A stretch of DNA of 64,000 nucleotides, taken from contig OZ243948.1 of assembly GCA_965214255.1 (NCBI GenBank), positions 1,094,225-1,158,224 of the forward strand. Reading direction: 5' to 3'. Origin of the DNA: Alphaproteobacteria bacterium (GTDB lineage: Bacteria > Pseudomonadota > Alphaproteobacteria > SMXP01). The translations under genes and the position numbers were made by a program. Of this stretch, positions 59,101-64,000 are shown piece after piece; position 1 is the first letter of the stretch, and each line of letters begins with the position of its first letter. The notes under the pieces were generated by a model, which did no database searches, was not told the origin of the DNA, and was given only the letters and a program-made list of their open reading frames with translations.

Positions 59101-61071
59101 TCATCGGGGAGGGTTGCCGCGGTGGGCACGGCCTGCCGGCGCCGTTGTGATCCGGACGGGACGACCGGCATCGTTAGGTAATTCAAAGACGCTGGTCAAG
59201 ATCCTCCGGTCGTCGTTCTCGTCCATGGTTTCCCACGGACGCCAAAGGCGAGACCGTTCCCCTTCCCCGGTCGACCAGGAAAACACCAACGTCTCGTCAC
59301 GCGTTGCCGCCGCCGCATAATCCTTGAAGAACGCCTGCGCCATATTGCCGTCGACGACGACCGCGACGGACTCCGACTCGTAATCGAAGTGGGGCGTCAT
59401 TTTCTCCCAGAACCAGGCGTCGTTGTCGAACTCGCCCGATGATGCCTCCGGCGGCCGGGCAAGCCAGAGTTTAAATCTCGGGTCGTCTCGGCCGAAGGCA
59501 CTGAGATATGAAAATGGAGGGCCTTCGAACAGTATTATTTCGTTGGTGTGTCGGTCGGGTCCGAAGACATTGGCGATATGGGTAATCCCGAACTGCCGTC
59601 GCAACGCGACCTCGGTTCCTTGAACCCGGGGGCGGCCGACCCTTAGGGCCCGCATGTAGTCGTAGGAATTCACCACACCGTCCAGATTCACCACCGGGAA
59701 GCGGGAGAAGTATCCGATGACGCCGGAGTCAAATGACCCGATCACGCTGCCCTCGGGCAGTAAGCGGTTCATCACCCGCGTGCCCAGGTAGCTGGTGATC
59801 TCCCACTCGCGCTCGGAGAACTCGCTGTTCCGGTCGACGGTCCGGAACGGGCCGGCAAAGTCCGCCTGGATGAGCAACGCGACCGCGCCTGCGGTGACGA
59901 TGCTCACGCGCGGGACAGCGGCCGCACGGCCGAGCCTGGGTTCGACGAAGCGACGAACCAGGTGCAACGCGACGTAACATGCGACCGGCACGATCAGCGC
60001 CTCCATCAGATAGGCCGGAACGAAGTAGCGTGGGTATCCTCCCCAGATCGGGTGCACCATGAGCACCGTCTGCGCAAACTTCGCCAGGTGACCCGCCGCC
60101 AAGCCGAACGCACCCGCCAGAAAGATCAGGAGCAACCTGTCGTCCCTCCCGCGGACGCGGCGGGTGGACCACAGAACCAGCAGAACGCAAACGCAGAGTC
60201 CCAGGGCCGCCGCCAACTCGGTATCGAAGGCATGAATCTGCAGGACCGCCTGGAAGTTTTGCGCGAGACTGTACCCGCCGTCGTGTTCCCAACGGACCTG
60301 CGACCACACTTGCCTGATCGCCCCGCTCACCGGCACGGCGCCGCCGAAGACAAGCTGGTTGTAGGCGAAGTAGGCGAGGATGCCCGCACAGGCGCCGAAC
60401 AGCGGAATATACGCCCGCAGAGCGGATGGCGCGCGGGGCGAACGGTTGCTCGGATCCGACCACTCGACAAGACACAGCATCGCCGTTGTCGCCACCGAAA
60501 CGGCGACGAACTCCAGGCGGACCCATGGCAGGGCGAAGGCCGCGGCGGCCAGCAGCCAGGTCCCCCGCGCCGGGCTCCGCGCAAAGAGAGTCAATGTCAG
60601 GAACAACAGGCCCAGCATGAACAACGCCGCGGCGCTTTCCATCCCTGTAAGGAAGGTTTCATGACGGTAGAGAAACGGCAGCACGGCGAACAGCAGAATC
60701 CAGGGCAACCGCGCTATGCGGGCGGCCAGAACGATGCAAGCTGCGCCGCCGGCGACAAGCATGATCTCGAACGCCTTGATGGCGAACAACGCGGTCTCGG
60801 CGTCGAATATCCAGTAGAACGGGGTGATGAGCAGCATCCAGATGGGGTGATACCCGTTGGTCCGGGTAATGCCGCCGTCGAAGGTCGAGAATTTCCCTTC
60901 GGCCAGATTTTTGGCGATCTGAAAGTAGTAGAAGGAGTCGTCACCGTTTACGTCGCGGAGCAGGTTGGGCAGGTCGTAGTGGGCGAGCATGTAGCAGGCG
61001 AACGCGCCTCCATACATGAGGACGGCGCCGATGAACACGGCGACCGGCGCGTTACGCAACGGGGTGGACAA
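59101..61071 (-). CDS. GT-C-fold membrane glycosyltransferase-like protein, cassette 4 (recent tandem paralog of cassette 3)
   Basis: Mostly identical to 56896-58875 with clustered differences. Confidence 0.8.
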   Translation of the reverse strand: MSTPLRNAPVAVFIGAVLMYGGAFACYMLAHYDLPNLLRDVNGDDSFYYFQIAKNLAEGKFSTFDGGITRTNGYHPIWMLLITPFYWIFDAETALFAIKAFEIMLVAGGAACIVLAARIARLPWILLFAVLPFLYRHETFLTGMESAAALFMLGLLFLTLTLFARSPARGTWLLAAAAFALPWVRLEFVAVSVATTAMLCLVEWSDPSNRSPRAPSALRAYIPLFGACAGILAYFAYNQLVFGGAVPVSGAIRQVWSQVRWEHDGGYSLAQNFQAVLQIHAFDTELAAALGLCVCVLLVLWSTRRVRGRDDRLLLIFLAGAFGLAAGHLAKFAQTVLMVHPIWGGYPRYFVPAYLMEALIVPVACYVALHLVRRFVEPRLGRAAAVPRVSIVTAGAVALLIQADFAGPFRTVDRNSEFSEREWEITSYLGTRVMNRLLPEGSVIGSFDSGVIGYFSRFPVVNLDGVVNSYDYMRALRVGRPRVQGTEVALRRQFGITHIANVFGPDRHTNEIILFEGPPFSYLSAFGRDDPRFKLWLARPPEASSGEFDNDAWFWEKMTPHFDYESESVAVVVDGNMAQAFFKDYAAAATRDETLVFSWSTGEGERSRLWRPWETMDENDDRRILTSVFELPNDAGRPVRITTAPAGRAHRGNPPR

Positions 61072-61102
61072 GGTCTCCCCCTCGGCCTCCGCCGGTCGTG
61101 CG

Positions 61103-61200
61103 CCCCCCCCCCGCCGTTCGCGCGGGCGGTTTCCGTGGCAACGGTCATTGTTCGTCCTTGTCGGGTGACTGGCTCATGCGACGTATACGAGCGCCCGCCG
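61103..61200 (-). promoter_or_regulatory. Leader cassette copy D (G10), more diverged and truncated upstream of the -10 region
   Basis: AAGGA-N7-ATG 61148 (MTVATETARANG), G10 at 61112-61103, TATACG; similarity ends near 61200. Confidence 0.75.
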
Positions 61201-61279
61201 AGCGATGAAAAAAGCGCCGCCTCCGATCAGGGCCGCGCCGCCCAAACCTCCATAGTAAAGCAGGCGCCGTCTATTCATG

Positions 61280-62647
61280 TCATGTCCCCTTCGCCAAGTA
61301 GTCCGCCAGCCTCAGCGATAACGCCACAATCGTGAAGGTCGGATTGGCCGCTGCAGTAGACGGAAACAGTGAGGAACCTGCGACATACAAGTTCTTCACT
61401 CCATGCACTCGACCCTGCGCGTCGGTGACGGACAGCGTCGGATCGCTTCCCATGCGAGTGGTTCCCATCATGTGACCCCCTCCGACATCGCTTCCCGTCC
61501 TTTGCGGAGGCCCCATCCTGCCAAGGCCGGAGCGTATCAGTTGAGCATTGAGATGCTTGTAAGCGGCCAGTGTTTCTTGAGGATCGAATTTCAATGCCAC
61601 ATGGGCGATCGGCTGTCCCATATGATCTCTCCGGGACTTTGAAAGAGTGACCCTGTTCCCGGCATCGGGACTCATTTCTGTACGAACCTCCGTATTCGTC
61701 GCCATGACCCGTCTGCTTTTCCCGAGAAGGTTCTTCGATAGAATCCGTGGCGGTCGCCACGGTCGACTCACCTCGAACGTCGCCGATATCAGTCGATGCG
61801 TATTCGAAAACTCGGAGGACAGCGCGATGGCGTGAACTATCGGAGACTTGGGCGAAGTCTGCACCATCAGGTTCCGGAACTTCTCCCAATCCAGAATCAA
61901 GGACGCATATCCGGGAATGTGAGGGTGTTCGCAAAAATACCGGCCTATGGGAAGTTCCCGGTTGTCGGGAAGAGAAAGTTGCAACAGACGAGCATTTTGT
62001 ATGCCGCCGGCCGCGAGCACGATCTTGCGTCCCGACACCTCCGCTGGAGATTGCCTGTCGCCTGACGAGTCCCGGATGAAGATACGCGAGGCGGCGCCGT
62101 TCCGGATGCCCACATTCGTTACCGTATGATTGAATAGCACGCTAACGGTCCCGCTTCGTGCCAGCCAATCTCCGAACGAGATGCGACGCGACCCGTATGG
62201 GATTATATAGTACGGCTTGCAAACGATATTCGGATTATCGGGAAAGGCCTTTTCGGGAAGGGTATGAGATTCCTCCGGCAAGCCCAATATCTTCGCGGCT
62301 TCCGGATACCATTTATAGAGGTCGTCGTACGCGAACGGCCATTCATGGTTCAAGAACGGACGTTTCTCCAATACCGCGCACCAGCCACTCCAAACCGTGG
62401 ACGTGCCGCCGAACATCCGCTGGTTGTGTCTAAGATAAGACCTGGTCGGAATATCGCCGTCGGCGTCCAGGACGTTGAGCTTTTGGGCTTCGCTTTCGAA
62501 ATCCGATCGATCTCCGCTTTCCACTATGAGCGTTTTGCCGGTCGCGAGTTCATCGTACTTGCGGGCCAAGGCCAAGCCTGCGGGACCTGAGCCTACGATA
62601 ATCAAGTCGTACGTGTTTCCGCTCAAAGCGCCCGCGTCGATTTCCAT
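61280..62647 (-). CDS. GMC-family FAD oxidoreductase
   Basis: IIVGSGPAG, FGGTSTVW, LAAGGIQNARLL, HMMGTTRMG, SLFP...ANPTFTIVALSLRLA. Confidence 0.92.
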   Translation of the reverse strand: MEIDAGALSGNTYDLIIVGSGPAGLALARKYDELATGKTLIVESGDRSDFESEAQKLNVLDADGDIPTRSYLRHNQRMFGGTSTVWSGWCAVLEKRPFLNHEWPFAYDDLYKWYPEAAKILGLPEESHTLPEKAFPDNPNIVCKPYYIIPYGSRRISFGDWLARSGTVSVLFNHTVTNVGIRNGAASRIFIRDSSGDRQSPAEVSGRKIVLAAGGIQNARLLQLSLPDNRELPIGRYFCEHPHIPGYASLILDWEKFRNLMVQTSPKSPIVHAIALSSEFSNTHRLISATFEVSRPWRPPRILSKNLLGKSRRVMATNTEVRTEMSPDAGNRVTLSKSRRDHMGQPIAHVALKFDPQETLAAYKHLNAQLIRSGLGRMGPPQRTGSDVGGGHMMGTTRMGSDPTLSVTDAQGRVHGVKNLYVAGSSLFPSTAAANPTFTIVALSLRLADYLAKGT

Positions 62648-62713
62648 GTCTGCCTCTTTCTTACGTCAAGCCCCGAGGCGCCGTGGAACGTGCGGGGACC
62701 CTCACCCGGCGCG

Positions 62714-63850
62714 TCATTCCGCCGCCGCTCTCGTTTCTTCCGCGGCCGGCATGAGAGGAACGGGATCGAGCACCCAATTGCCCGTGGTGCGGCGGCGCGG
62801 GCACGGAACGGCAAAAGCCGCATCGCCCCGCTTGGCGCGCAACGTCTGCACATCGATACGCCAGCCTTTGTTTCTCCACTCTTTGAGTATCTCGCGATAG
62901 CGCAGGATCGCGCGGTCGGCGGGCATCATCACTTCCCGGCTATTGGTCGCCGGCGTGCGCACCGGCTCCACTTCGCCCAGCACGACACGGTCCTGATCGC
63001 TGATGACCATATTGCGGGCGTGAATGCGCTCGTCATATTCCGGGTCCAGAAGGCAATTGCGCATATTGATAAAGAAACTGCGCGTCCTGTTTCCATCGAT
63101 CGGCGCGCTGAAAGCGTATTGATGAAACCAATTGGTCTCGGTGAGATGGATATGAGTGGTGAGGCTGTTGGGGCCGTGCACGAACGTCGATGCGACCGTG
63201 GTGCCGGACGATTGGCGGATCCTGTTCATCGTCCCGTCCTTATATCCCGATGACTCCATCTCAAGCGTAAAGCCGCACCCGAAGGGGCGTTCTTCCACTT
63301 CGAAGTCCTTCACGCGGTAGTCGCCCTTTTCACCCGAATAGCCGTGGGTCGGATGGACGAACTCGTTGTGCGACGGGTCGAGCGCATTCTCCATGCTGCG
63401 TTCGTAATAGATGTCGTTTTCTCTCACCACGAGCCGGTTGCTGCGCCAGCCGCTTCGGCCGAATTCCGGAACGGGGTAAAGAGGAGGGCGCTCTTCGTCG
63501 GGAAGGTCGCCCAGAAACGCAAAAACGATCCCGTATTTTTCCTGCACCGGATAGGAATCCACTTTCGCGCGCGCCGGCGGCTTGGCGCCGTAACCGAGCG
63601 AAGGCACGGTCGTGCACAGACCGTCGCCCCCATAACGCCAGCCGTGATAGGGGCAAACCACCGAGCCGTCCTTGACCCGGCCCTTGCCCAGCGAGCCGCC
63701 GCGGTGAACGCAGGTATCGCTCAAGACATGCGCGGTTCCCGACATATCCCGAAAGGCCGCTACTTTGACGCCCAGAATCTCGACGCGGCAGGGTTCGTCG
63801 GATTTGACCTCTTCGCTCGCGGCGATGGGATACCAGAAGTTGATGTACAT
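62714..63850 (-). CDS. Rieske non-heme iron oxygenase alpha subunit (paralog of 28670-29776)
   Basis: MYINFWY, CVH...CPYH, ENALDPSHNEFVH; AAGGAG RBS. Confidence 0.93.
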   Translation of the reverse strand: MYINFWYPIAASEEVKSDEPCRVEILGVKVAAFRDMSGTAHVLSDTCVHRGGSLGKGRVKDGSVVCPYHGWRYGGDGLCTTVPSLGYGAKPPARAKVDSYPVQEKYGIVFAFLGDLPDEERPPLYPVPEFGRSGWRSNRLVVRENDIYYERSMENALDPSHNEFVHPTHGYSGEKGDYRVKDFEVEERPFGCGFTLEMESSGYKDGTMNRIRQSSGTTVASTFVHGPNSLTTHIHLTETNWFHQYAFSAPIDGNRTRSFFINMRNCLLDPEYDERIHARNMVISDQDRVVLGEVEPVRTPATNSREVMMPADRAILRYREILKEWRNKGWRIDVQTLRAKRGDAAFAVPCPRRRTTGNWVLDPVPLMPAAEETRAAAE

Positions 63851-63906
63851 GGCGCTCACTCCTTAGCGGGGCGCGGGGGCGTCCTCGTCACGCGACGCAG
63901 CGAAGT

Positions 63907-63999
63907 TCAGAACTTGACGACCGGCGGCAGGTAAGCACGGCCCCAGACCTCGTAAGGCGTGACGCCGCCCGACGAATAGGGGTCGCCGAAAGCCTGATC
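63907..63999 (-). CDS. 3' end of an unidentified CDS entering from the right edge
   Basis: Open frame DQAFGDPYSSGGVTPYEVWGRAYLPPVVKF* with GC-rich third positions. Confidence 0.5.
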   Translation of the reverse strand, partial: DQAFGDPYSSGGVTPYEVWGRAYLPPVVKF

Positions 64000-64000
64000 T

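Noticed and set aside
56896-61071. Diversity-generating retroelement template/variable repeat pair
   Set aside because: No reverse transcriptase in the window, the duplication covers the whole gene, and differences include indels and are not adenine-specific.
52086-61200. Classical integron with attC sites
   Set aside because: The repeats carry their own promoter and start codon, I found no RYYYAAC...GTTRRRY long hairpin, and the recombinase remnant is Cre-like rather than IntI-like.

Overview
High-GC proteobacterial chromosome segment, probably alphaproteobacterial (bactofilin, TRAP system, mtnA-metY, two TonB receptors, Tat-rich catabolic genes). The taxon cannot be fixed from sequence alone. 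1-51 kb is mostly uptake and catabolism: a TRAP transporter with a PQQ dehydrogenase; a minus-strand Rieske / DUF1838-like x2 / hydrolase / MFS-SDR fusion / TonB receptor cluster; four nitrilase-superfamily paralogs with different catalytic triads; a flavin monooxygenase; and an ethylbenzene/steroid-C25-dehydrogenase-like molybdoenzyme alpha-beta pair with no gamma gene. An MmeI-like type IIL restriction-modification gene (42.4-45.3 kb) is frameshifted exactly at a G9 run. The most striking region is 51.2-62.7 kb. It holds a 4 x 104-bp palindromic tandem repeat, a decayed Cre-like tyrosine recombinase, and four tandem GT-C-fold (AftB/ArnT-like) membrane glycosyltransferase genes. Each of the four carries a copy of one conserved promoter-RBS-ATG leader with a G9/G10 tract about 11 codons in. 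For all four, and for the R-M gene, a tract of G8 or G11 restores the reading frame (or, for one gene, an exact GTGA coupling overlap). This looks like a modular, phase-variable surface-glycosylation cassette array. Homopolymer sequencing error must be excluded. No rRNA, tRNA or CRISPR array was found.
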